The position numbers and the translations under genes were made by a program. The notes beneath the pieces are model-generated. The model was not told the origin of the DNA. It was given only the letters and a program-made list of their open reading frames with translations, and ran no database searches. 64,000 nucleotides of DNA from positions 536,542-600,541 of the forward strand of contig MU008194.1 in the NCBI GenBank assembly GCA_010909165.1. The letters are read 5' to 3'. This DNA is from Anthoceros angustus (Eukaryota > Plantae > Anthocerotophyta). Position 1 is the stretch's first letter. Each line of letters starts with the position of its first letter. Shown here in pieces: positions 48,331 through 60,500 of the stretch.

Positions 48331-51300
48331 CGCCATGTTCGATAAATGATCTGACGGTTTCAAATTATATGTACGCCTTTGTGGAGGTGGATGTTCAAAG
48401 GCACCGCTATCCGAGCCCTCTTCCTCCACAACAGTTCCACCAACGCTAGGGCCACTCTGTGGAAATGTCTTCTAGATACAAGCCAGCCGAGTGGCGTTCA
48501 CCCACAAGAGCTGCCATTTGAATTCGGTGAGTCGTCCGGTGGAGCACTAAGAGGAGTAGTCATGGATGGTGAATGGCGAGGCTGGCCCTTGGAGAAGGAC
48601 TTCCGTGAATGGCATCCAACATACTGAAATGGGCTGGTGTCTTCGGAATGGATGCATTTATCGCGATCGGGAGTGGTGGCACCGCACGGATTAACAACAT
48701 CCGAATCATGTTAACAAGAGACGAATGATTCATCACGAGTTTGCACGACCTTCATCTAGTTCTCCTCTTCATCTTTAACACCTTGACCGCCATTTGGCAC
48801 TTCGTCACCGCCACTGATGCCTCACCTCGTAGTTCAAATGATACAAATCTCGTAAACGTGAAATGAAAAGAAGGTCAAGATATGCAAATAGTTGCCTTCT
48901 TTTGATCCCGGCCAGTGGCGCATGGGTGTGCTCCATATCGAGGAATCTCGCTGACCGAAGCCTGCATCCAAGTCCTTTGTCTTCAAGAACTCCTTCCACT
49001 GCTTGAACATCGGCAATTCTCTGAGATCTAACTGTTGAGTCGAGGGAAGTGTTCGACTTTGAATCAGGATCAAAGTCACAACATCAATTACAGACATGTG
49101 AGATAAAGATGTAACGTGTGGTGTTGGATGATCCATAATTTGAATTTGAACTTATTGGGGCAAATCATAATAACTACATCAGGATCTTGTTTATGAATAA
49201 ATAAGAAATGCTGGAATTACGTCAAGGCAGCTTGACATTGTGTGTACGAGAGCCAGAGTGCTAGAACAATGGATAATGAATTAAGTACATTGAGAATAAA
49301 CAAAAAGTTGTTTATATAGTCTAAACCCAATACGCCTAGGTTAACTTTAATGTACCTAAAAGTATATTTTTCATACTCCCACATAACCTGGCGATTTTAA
49401 AAGCAGGACTTGTTAGCGAAAACTCAAAGCGACTGCTTTCCAAGCGGTCTTAGCCTGCTACTGCATTAGCATTAACAAGCGTGCAGAACCTTTAATCATC
49501 TCGCGCCCACTACGCCATATGGTTGCGCCCCTCATTGCGTGTATAACTTGTGTAATCATACGATGGCGGGAGTCGATAACATAGGGAAGCTGAGCTCGTT
49601 ATGACCAATCGGAGAGCACCGAGCAACGCCAGCTCAGAAACAGCAGGAAGAAGAAAACGGCGGCTAGGGCACGGACTGAAGATGGATTGCGGCTCAAGGC
49701 AGAGCGGGGCAAGACTATGGAGTGGAAACCCTTCAATCTGCAGCACTTTGTGAGAAGCTGCGGATGGGAGGTTGAGATAGCAGCAAGCGTAACAGTGAGG
49801 GGCGTCCAGGAGGCTAAAAGACACAACTTGCCTGCTGTGAAAAAGGAAGTGATGGACCTCGGAGATGTGCCACTTGTGGACCCTCTCTGAGGCATGAGGA
49901 CAAGTTGTGAGTGATCAAGACCCTAACGCCACGATGTGGTGACGAATGAAGTCACATGGGCGGAGTTGCCAAAACCTAGGAGGACATGTACAAAACTCCC
50001 ACAGGAGGACAAAGGGAAGAGGGGGCAAGACTAGATAAGAACTGTATGCTTCATCCATGCTCCTTCTTGCATGAAATTAAGGCCATAACTCGAAGATGCC
50101 TACTGGACACAGTTCTGTCTCGTGACACATGAAAGTAGTGTAGGGAAGAGCTATCAGCTAAGGCTGAAATCTGTAAACCTAATTTATGATAGGCCGGAAG
50201 ATCAGGGGACTTAGGTCCCCACCTCCCCCCACACACTCCTCAGATCAGATATGGTACCTTTAGAGTAGATGGCTGAAGTCTTTGAGTCCAAGGGACTCCA
50301 TGTGTAATAGCCATGAACTTGGCTGCGATCGAGCAATGGGCGTGGAAGCACACAACAGCTCTTCATTACATCGATTGTGGCTTAAAAGCCTTTACACTCA
50401 TGGTTACCCTAACCCTAACTATACCTCTTAACCTAACTATACCTCTTAACCATGGTTACCCTAACTCCATGTCGGGACAACTCACCGGGTTTAAAGCTTC
50501 GACCACGAGGTAGTAACGGGAGTTGATGACGTATACATGGAAGGATGGAAGTGCGTTTCGAGATGATCACCATGGTTCCCACGGCGTGGATAGTGGTATC
50601 CGCAAAGCAACTAAAAGTGGAGCTTTTTCTTGAGGCAGGCGTCAAGCATGTCGACTTCAACCTGCATCGGACCTCGGTATGTGAGGGATAGGGGGTGGGC
50701 GTGGGGAGGAGGACCGTGATAGGGTTTGAGAGAGAGGTGTGGAACATGTGTAAAGCGGACTTGGGAGTAAAAGCAAGCTCATAAGCGGCCACCTCATGTA
50801 TGATTTGGTAATGTTACGAAACTGGGTTCAGAATCTCGCTGGGCCCAACTAGTTATCACTGTGAGATCGTAACTCAATAGTAATTAGTAATCATTAACTG
50901 AGTGTGCCTCTTCGGAAGAGACACCCACAAACACTATTTAAGACGTACTTTGTATACATTTTTGACATAGAGAATACCACAAAATATCTTGAGAATGTAG
51001 CATCTCAATCATGCTAGACTAGATGCAAGGGATGCACAATCCTACTGATTTTAACATGGTATCGAGCTTAGTCTCATCGGAGCCTAGTTTTCTTCCTCTC
51101 ACGATGTCAAATCCATGAGAGTGCCCTCGCTTACACTGTGACCGACTATTAACATTGGTTGCCTTTCTTCCCGTAATTTAGATAGGATGACTCTCTCATC
51201 CTAGCCAGCTAGCATAGAGAGCAAAAAAAAAAAAGCGGATCAAAATGAATCTAGAATGGGAGGCCCGGTTGGCCCCATCTTAGTGATCGACCACGGCACT

Positions 51301-51390
51301 TAACCCCGAGTTCCAATGGCAGCGGCCACAGTTACATCACCTGTAGCATTAATTCTGACCTGCGCCCTACAAATATAGCTGCGGTGGAAT

Positions 51391-52590
51391 GAAGAAGAAG
51401 AAGAAGAATTTTGTTAAGTCCACTAAGGATGGTTTAAAATCATGGGATGATTGACGGATAAACAAAAGACTATAATGAAATTTAAGCGCTACGAGTGCAG
51501 GCGTAGAGAATAGTCTTGTGAGGCATAATCAAATATCCGCAAGTTGAGAAGTTCAAGTTGGTTGGTCCTCATTTCCACATTTGTTTCAAGCAAACTCACG
51601 CAATAATAGGGTCGGAAAATTGAAAACCACGAGTGAAGATCGAGCTGTTGTAAATAGATTGATAAATGTATGTGATATCTTCATATATGGGAGAGGAAAA
51701 CAAAGTGTTCCTCATTCTCAACATCCACATTGTGCATAACCATATTCGGGTCTCCTTAGGTGGCTTTGGGTAGCCATCTATCGGCCTCAACCACGAGATG
51801 GTGGGACCCCACCAAGATGACCCATAATCATCCTAAGCTTGAAGGACACATGGGTGCGGAGATAGAGAGGAAGCATTGGTTTCCCGAGTTGGAGAGGATA
51901 CGAAAAGTTGTTTGTAAGTTTCTAGCTTAGTAGGTAAGGGAGATAGGAGACCGGTGTCGACAAATAGGTAGTCGCAAATCAAGGCGGATGGACTTATTCG
52001 GAGGAGGGGCGGAAGAGGGGTGGGGGAAGACTCTCGGGACGAATCCAAACTTCTCCGGCCGGAAGACGAGCATACCAGTGTCTTGTTACGAGGAGGCTAA
52101 CTTTCGGGAGGGTGGAATGCAAGAAGGAGGTATGAGGGAGTGGAGGTGGGGTGATTAGAATGGGCTTCTTCTAAAGAGTAAAGGCGGTATAGGAAGTTGG
52201 TTAGGCGAAATAGACCTCAAGTTCAAGCGGAAAGTGGCAAACTCGCAAGAAAGATGGCAAGGGGGACTTTACATGCAATGTGGGGCCGAAGAAAGACGTT
52301 TGAATCTCCTCCACCTTGCGATCATCGAGGAGAGATAGGGTCCCCAAAACTGCATACATAGCCAAGGAACAACAACCGTGTTGAAGAGCCATTCTTGAGT
52401 GGGGATGTCCTTGATGTGCATCCTAGAGAGCTCCTCAAACTGGCGGATGCCACACCCTTGACAATGCGCGAGGCGAGAGCTTCCATCGAGTGTTGGGCCA
52501 TAGAGAGTGCCTCCAAGGTAGACATAAGATCGAACAACCTCCACGGGTTCACCATTATAGAAGAACTACAAATGGTTTCAAACCCAAAAC
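51391..52590 (-). mobile_element. 5'-truncated LINE fragment with (TTC)n tail inside the copia leader
   Basis: 'VEVVRSYVYLG', 'LFNTVVVP', homologous to the 20-24 kb LINE RT C-terminus. (GAA)6 at 51391-51408. Confidence 0.75.
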
Positions 52591-55500
52591 ACGAGGGAGA
52601 GGCACGGGCCTCCTCCTCCCCATCAGACCATCTTATTTTCGGCCCTTGCTTTGCCATGGCAGGCGTCGCGAGCCTAGAGCAAGATTGATCGGCAATCGGG
52701 CTGGCGCCTCACAGAGCGGCGCCGCCAGGCAAACGCCTCCCCTGCCCCAATTACAAGGCGGAGGACTGCGATCTCCACCCGACGTCTGCATGACCGCGGT
52801 GAAGCGCCGCCACTCTACCAATCTAGCTCCATGCACGCCCACCGACTCGCAGCCGATCCAAGCAAGCGGTGGCTTGGTGGATCCGCCTGGGCCGAGCTGG
52901 CCAGGGCTGCGAAGATTCCACCAAAAACCGCCAGCCTCGGCCGGGCGCCCCAAGACCCCCGAGAGCGCAGGAGATTGCGACGTGACTCAGCACACCGCGG
53001 GCACCCCGCAGCGGGAGGATTCGCGCTCGCGAGTACCCAACCGGCGCACTGTGCCCAGCGCACTTCATGCACGGCCCCCACGCGCTGAGGCGCAGGCGCG
53101 GCCCCTGACGCGGACGGGCGCGCCCGTCCCGAATCGGTGCCCCCGTTGCCGTTTCGGTAAGGAGGGGGACATTAATCCAAGGGCCCTCTGTTATTCGCAA
53201 AAAAAGACAAACGCACCAATGGGGATCGAACCGCGACCTGCGGGCCTCTACGACGGCGAACGACCAACCACTATACCAACTCACTTTGGTTAAGTATATG
53301 GTTTTCGTGTCTAAATAATTCTGACAGAAGTATAAAGGCAAATCCCTCACCAAATAAGAGAAGAATAAAGAGAGAAGCGAGCAAGGAAGCCAGCCCCAGT
53401 GGAACACAAATAAAAAGAAAACAAAGGGAGAAGAAAGTGGAGCTAAAAGCAAGCAAGAGGGGTATTGTTTTCTTCAAGGATCTTTTATGCGGCACTGTGG
53501 AGGAGAGATTCCTTTGTTCACCTGCCACCAACAACCCGCGACGAGGATTCAACTTGAAGTTTTATGACCACAACTTACGAGACGTGGTGAATCAACATAC
53601 AACACTTCAACTCGCCGCTCGGCCTCACTCCCATGGCTAGCGGTATTTCCCTCCCCAATGGGAGTAGTACCGGTTCTTCACCGACCAGATCAAGAGAAAG
53701 ATAGATTCAATGGCCAACACTACCACATGTGGCGAGTTCGCGAAAGTCTATCTTCGATAGGTCGTGTTTGGAAGATTGTTGACGCACCTTCGAAGCCTAA
53801 CTCTTCAGCCTCCCCATCGATTCTTGATATTGAGATGGGACTACTTGAATGGGATTGCAATTGCCCTCCTCATCGTGGACTCGACTCAAGCACGGTGCCT
53901 AGCGTGGAGTTCCTCACGGAAACCAATCGGACCAGCTTGTCTAACACCTACAATGTTAAATAATGTTCTAACCTTGTACGATGTCGGGAATTCAACTCCT
54001 TGAGGATGAAGGAGACCGATGCGATTTACCACACTGAAGTTCGACAGTGCGAGGGCAACTCGCCTCCCTTGGCTCAACCATGTAGGAGACCCGATGCAGC
54101 CGCAGTGCTAATGAGCTTACCACCGTCTTACCACAACCGTGACCACATGATGTTGGTATCGACTCATGGTAAGTCGGTACACCCTCCACAGTTCACCATT
54201 ATAGAAAGAACTTCAATGGCTTCAAACTAAAACACGAGGGAGAGGCACGGGCCTCCCTCCTCCCCTGCATCTGCTATTTTCGCTCCCGCGCCTTTGTGTG
54301 CCATGGCGGCGTCGAGCCTAGAGCAAGATTGATCGGCAATCCACAGGCACGGCGCCCCACCGGAGGGACGCCCCAGGGGCGAGGCGGGCGCCTTGCCTCC
54401 CGGTGGCGGGAGGCAGCGATCTCCACCCGACGTCTGCGACCCGCGGTGAAGCGGCGCTTCCTCTACCAATCTAGTTCCATGGGCGCCTAATTCCACAGAC
54501 TCGCAGCCGATCCAAGCAAGCGGTCGGTGGATCCTGAGGAGCGCCCGAGGCTCGGCTAGCGTGAAGATTCCACCAAAAAGGCACCGATCTCGAAACCGCG
54601 CCCACGGCACCGAGGCGCAATCTGGATTGCGGCGTGACTCGAGCACGCGTGCGTGAGCACCCGCAGCGGGAGGATCTGCGCCGGCGAGTACCCAAGCGTG
54701 CGCACCGGGCGGGCGCACCCCATGCAGGCGCGGCCCCGACGCCGGGCGGGCGCGGCGCAACCACGCGGACAGGCGCGCCCCGTCGAATCAGTGCCCCGTT
54801 GCCGTTCGGTAAGGAGGGGGACATTAATCCAAGGGCCCTCTATTATTCGCAAAAAAAGACTCAAACAGACGCACCAATGGGGATCGAACCCGCGACCTGC
54901 AGGCCTCTACGGCGAACGACCAACCACTATACCAACTCACTTTGGTTGTAAGTATATGGTTTTCGTGTCTTATTAAATAATTCTGACAGAAGTATAAAGG
55001 CAAATCCCTCACCAAATAAAGAGAAGAATAAAGAGAGAAGCGAGCAAGGAAGCCAGCCCCAGTGGAACACAAATAAAAAGAAAACAAAGGGAGAGAAGAA
55101 AGTGGAGAAGTTAAAAGCAAGCAAGAGGGATATTGTTTTCTTCAAGGATCTTTTACGGCACTTTCGTGGAGGAGAGATTCCTTTGTTCACCCGCCACACC
55201 AACAACCAGCAGATTCAACGAGTTTTATGACCACAACTTACGAGGCGTGGTGAATCAACATACAACACTTCAACTCGCTCGCTCGGCCTCACTCCCATGG
55301 CTGCTTGTACTTCCTCCCCATGGGAGTATGCAGTCTTCACCGACCCGGATCAAAGAAAGATCGATTCAATGGCCAACATTACCCATGTGGCGAGTTCGCA
55401 TAAGTCTATCTTGATAGGTAGTGTTTGGAAGATTGTTGGCAGCACCCTTGAAGCCTAACTCTTGACACACCTCCCCATCGATTGCTGATATATTGAGATG

Positions 55501-55850
55501 GGACTACTTGAATGGGATTGCAATTGCCCTCCTCATCGTGGACTCGACTCAAGCTGGTGCCTGGCGTGGAGTTCCTCACGGAAGCCATCAGGACGGTTGT
55601 CTAACACCTACAATGTTAACATAATGTTCTAACCTTATACGATTATGCGGCGAATTCAACTCCTTGAGGATGAAGGAGGACCGTCGATTTACGCACACCT
55701 CGAGTTCGATGCGAGGCAACTCGCCTCCTTGGCTCCAACCATGTCGGAGACCCGATGCATTGCCACGCTGCTAATGAGCTTACCACCGTCTTACCACAAC
55801 CCGACCAGCTGATGTTGGTATCGACTCATGGTAAGTCGGTACCTCCACCC
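52546..55850 (+). repeat. Tandem duplication, about 1.65-kb unit (52546-54190 / 54191-about 55850)
   Basis: GTTCACCATTATAGAA...CACGAGGGAGAGGCACGGGCC occurs at about 52547 and 54191. The tRNA-like and gag segments are repeated. Confidence 0.9.
53212..53290 (-). other. tRNA-derived sequence (A box, B box, T-run); second copy at about 54870-54945
   Basis: Minus strand GTTGGTATAGTGG...GGTTCGATCCCCATTGGTGC followed by GTCTTTTTT. Confidence 0.55.
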
Positions 55851-57444
55851 TCACGGTGGAAGATATTGGTGGTGCTGTATCGGCGGAGGCGAGGCCACCT
55901 CGGCTGCGGGAGGGTCCAAGCCCGATGCACAGGCGCTCCACCACTTCAAGCCGGGAGGTCGAAGGGCAAAGCGAACTTCACCCCTAAAGGTGACTCAACC
56001 TCTGCCCCTCCTCGCCCAGTAGTAGCCGCGTGAGTGCCGGCCATTGGGCACGAGAGTGCCGCAAGAAAGGAGGCAGAGGCGACTTGAGGCAGTGACTGGC
56101 GTTACGATTAAAGGGCCTTGACTGGCGGAGAAGCCGTAAAGATACTTATGGTTTGCCTCAACAGAGTTGCATAAGGATAGGTAGTGTGGACGGGTGGAGC
56201 CAGCCCGCGTCTGACAACGACTCTCTATTCACCAAAATTTGAATACTCATCCTCTCAAGGAAAGGGTGTTACTCGGTGATGACAGTAGATCTAGCCTTTG
56301 ATCGCGGGACAAGGCACTTTCGAATTTCCTCTCAAGGATGGTTGGTGCTTACCTTGGAGCCTGTGCTCCTCGTCCATAAAGGGCAAGAACTTGATCTCAT
56401 GACTCATTTCTTTGAAGCAAGGCGATCTTGAGATGCTTGTTTCAGGGGTCATGCTACTTCCCGGGACCTGAGTCACGACTTGTGCCTATTCGATCAAGTA
56501 CCCCAAGGCTGCATCGCTTTCATTACCCTTTAGAGGGCGCACAAGAGGAGCGTGCGCTCCATGGGAGATGGCTCCCATTCTGGCGTCCGACAGAGGGTGT
56601 TGAGCGGATGATACATCAAAGTAACCTCGATCCAACTAGTTAAAAGTGAGTCGTAACTAATATTAGTAATTCTGACGGAATTGTGCCTCTTCGGAAGAGA
56701 CACCCACAAACACTATTTAAAGGCGTACTTTGTATACATTTTGACATAGAGAATACCACAAAATATCTTGAGGAATGTAGCATCTCAATCATGCTAGACT
56801 AGATGCAAGGGATGCACAATCCTACACTGCTAGGATTTTAGCAGTAAGGACCAAAGAAACGTGGTGATAGTTCCTCCTGACGCCCGACGAGTAGGAGGTA
56901 GGTGTGTTTGACAGGGAGGAGCAGTGACGAAGTCGCCCGGGACTTGAGCCCCGTGGCCGTGTCGATTTGTCACTGTGCCCAAGTGGCGGGTTCCCAGGCC
57001 TCATGAGCGAGGCGCTCAGCTTGTTCCCCCGTAGAGGCAATCCATGTGGGTTAGGAAACTCGCAGTATACGGACTACTTGAGTTGGCGCGGCCACCAGTA
57101 GAGCAAGTGTTGTGGATGGAATCCTTGTTGAACATAACCGGACGCCATGGTAGAACTATTGGTGGCGTTGTTGTCACGAACTCCATAGTGAAGATGCTCA
57201 TCCAGCGCTCTGGAGTCCAGGTGCATATGCTCGCAACATATCTTCAAGAACTTGGTTGGCGTGCATGGCAGAGCATCTGTGGATGAAAGCATTGAAAAGC
57301 ATAGCAGTCCCTTAGTCCTGCATGCACGCTTTGCCAGTGCACCATCCGCGGGTCTCGATCCAGACAATGGGCGGTGGGGAGACCATCAGCGCTGCACCAC
57401 TCAAGGAAGGCTGCCAATGCTGCTCCATTGTCAAAGTATCCATC

Positions 57445-60400
57445 TGTAGCTGCGTGATTTTAGCGTGTTAGTTTGTCGGTGAAGACTAGGGCGCATTGTG
57501 GCTTTGCTGTGTTGGGGAAGGCCGACAATAAAATCCTGGTGACTTGGTCCCAGGGCATGAGCGGGACAGTGGGCGGTTGAGTAACAGCTTCGCGTCGGTG
57601 CCTTATGGTGACAAGTATCGCCGACATACGCTACATGATCACGTACTTCTGAGCGGGTTAGGGCGGTAAAAGGTCTATTAACTGGGGCTAGTAGCGTCAG
57701 ATTGAATACCTTGGTGGCCGGTGATGGTGAATCATGGGCTTCAAAGTAATGATCTCGGCGGATATGTGGCAAGGAATAAAGCTTGGTAGATAGCAACCCG
57801 TCATGCTCACCTGACTGGATCCAAATCATGGCTTTGCGAGCCCGACGCCTTGGTGGCATCAACGAGCGCACTGGATGCGCTCCTGCCCGATCTGTTTGAA
57901 CATGTGTAAATCGCCGACGAGTTAACACGAGCTCGTTCGCCGGCGGCATCGCGATCGCTTCACGTCTGTCACACCTCGTAATGATCAATTGCGAGAACTC
58001 CAGCTAGCGGGCTTGCTTAGTGATGATTGCCGGGTTGTAGATAAACAAGCGGCGTTAGTCGATCGCGTAAACGAACGAGCAGTACCTTCCAAAATAGCCG
58101 AGTTCTTGATGGCCAACACTTGTCTCCTTCTCGCTCGTCGTCCAATTGAGTTCCGCTCCTTGGGTTTCCTTGAGAAGTATGCTCTTGGTTGTAGACCACT
58201 TTGATCCTGCTTGATCGCAGCTCGCTAGGTCGAGGCGTCCCATAGTGACGACAAATGGCGGTGGGGTCGGGATACACAAGCAATCTTGGGCGTTGTTGTG
58301 CATTTAATTGCTTCAAAGGCCGCGCTTCTGCTCATACGCCCGCCAGGAACCTCCTGTGCAGCAGATGTGAGTGGGGGTGCTATGTGCGCAAAGTTCGAGA
58401 TAAACTTGCGATAGTAGGAAGTCGAGGAAACTCACATCGTCTGTACTTTTACCGGTTTATGAGCACTGTATAAGCACTACCTTTCACGGGGTCGACTTGG
58501 ACACCTCGAGCATTGATGATATGTACCCTAAGTACTCCACTTCGCTGCCAGTTCACTTGGCTAGCTGTGCTACAAGCGATCTTTAAGCCTGGGGAGCCCA
58601 TAGATTCTTGTCATGCTCCTCCTCGGTTCTCCCATACACCGGGATATCATCGAGGTACACCAAGATTCCTCATTTGATCATCCACGAAATACTCGTTCAT
58701 CGATTATGCGAAGGTGGGTGGTAGCATTAGTCATTCGACGACATCACGAGGCCACTTTCATGGTGGCCGTGTCGAGTGTTGTAGCAGCATCTTCCTCCTG
58801 TCCCGTTGGCGATCACGGATCGATGGTAGCCCAGCGGCTGGGTCGAGTTTGGAGAAGAATCGGCGCACCAGCAAGTCCCTCGATTAACTCATCAATGGTG
58901 GTAGCGGAAGCGTGTTCTTCTTCGTTAGATTGGGTCCCGATAATCCAATACACATGCAGACTTACCGTTTCTTCTTGAAGGAAGGCTGTAATTGCTGCTC
59001 GGTATGAGTATCATGCAGCCAAAATAGCGATTATAACGTGTTAGTTTGTCGGTGAAGACTAGGGCGCATTGTGGCCTGCTGTGTTGGGGAAGGCCGACAA
59101 TGAAATCCATAGTGACTTGGTCCCAAGGCATGGCGGACGAGGCGGTTGGAGTAACCTATGGCTTAGTCGGTGCCTTAGTATCATATCGGCGCTACATAGT
59201 CACGTACTTCTGAGCGGTTGGGGCTAGTAAAAGGTGCTGTGGACAGCTAGTAGCGTCAGATTGAATACCACTTGGTGGTGATGGTGAATCATGGGCTTGA
59301 CAATGATCTCGGCGGATATGTGCTTGCTGTGGAATAAAACTTAATGTACCGCCAACCCGTCATGCTCCTGCCGATCAATGGATCAAATCTGTATAGCTTT
59401 GCGAGCTTAGCCGTGGCATCAACGAGCGCTCTGGATACGCTCTGCCGATCTGTTTGAACATGTGTCGTTGACACGGAGTTAACTGAGCGACTCGATTACA
59501 TGGCTTGATTCGGAAGCCCTTCACGTCGCACCACCGTAATCTTATTGCGGGAACTCCAGCCAGCGGGCTTGCTTAGTGACGATTGCAGGGTTGTAGATAA
59601 ACAAAGCGGGCGGTGGTTAGATCTGTAAAGCGAGCAGTACCTTCAAAAAAGCGGCCGATTCTTGATGGCCAACACTTGTGCAATCTCCCTTCGCTCGTCG
59701 TCCAATTGAGTTCCGCTCCTTGGGTTTCCTTGAGAAGTATACTCTTGGTTGTAGACCACGATCCTGGATGCGGCTCCGGCTAGGTCGGGCGTCCGTAGTG
59801 ACACAAATGGCGGTGGGGTCGGGATACACACTTGGGCGATGGTTGTGCTGTTTAATTGCTTCAAAGGCACGCTTTGCTCCTTACGCCAAGGAACCTCCTG
59901 TTGCAGCGGTGTGAGTGGGGCTATGTAAGTTCGAGATAAACTTGCGATAGTAGGAAGCCAACAGGAAACTACATCGTCACTGTACTTTTACTCGGTATAG
60001 GCGAACTGTATAAGCTGCTACCTTGTAGAATTGGTCGACTTGGACACCTCGAGCATTGATGATATGCCCTAAGTACTCCACTTGCTGCGAAGTTCACGCC
60101 AGCTGCTGTCTGGTGATCTTTGCCTAAGCCGTCGTGGGGCTTAGCGTAGATTCTTGTCATGCTCCTCCACGGTTCTCCCATACACGAGGATATCGCCGGT
60201 ACCAAGATTCCTCGTTGATCATCCCACGAAATACTCCGTTCATCGATTATGCGAAGGTGGCGCATTAGTCATTCGAGCGACATCACGAGCCACTCATGGT
60301 GGCGTGTCAGTGTTGAGCAGCATCTTCTCCTCGTCCCGTTGGCGATCACGGATCGATGGTAGCCAGCTGGAGTCGAGTTTGGAGAAGAATCGGCGCCAGC

Positions 60401-60500
60401 AAGTCCCTCGATTAACTCATCAATCCGTGGTAGCGGAAGCGTGTTCTTCTTCGTTAGGTTGTCCCGATAATCAATACACATGCAGACTTCTGTTTCTTCT
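57445..60500 (-). repeat. Tandem duplication, about 1.58-kb unit, of gypsy RT-RH-INT
   Basis: GTGTTAGTTTGTCGGTGAAGACTAGGGCGCATTGTGGC occurs at about 57465 and 59038. ORFs 58017..58316 and 59617..59829 are homologous. Confidence 0.9.

Larger units (their letters stand above)
50812..56843 (+). mobile_element. Non-autonomous Ty1/copia element (gag and protease only) nested in the chromovirus integrase
   Basis: LTRs 50812-51056 and 56598-56843 (TG...CA). PBS TGGTATC(-)GAGC at 51057. TSD GTAA(G). gag 'DRFNGQHYHMWRVR', knuckle 'GHWARECRK', protease 'GGAS'. No integrase or RT before the 3' LTR. Confidence 0.85.

Noticed and set aside
50404-50465. TAACCC telomere-like repeats
   Set aside because: Only 2-3 imperfect units inside an LTR-like region; not an interstitial telomere.
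53212-53290. Functional tRNA gene
   Set aside because: A and B boxes are present but the acceptor and anticodon stems do not pair convincingly; kept only as tRNA-derived.
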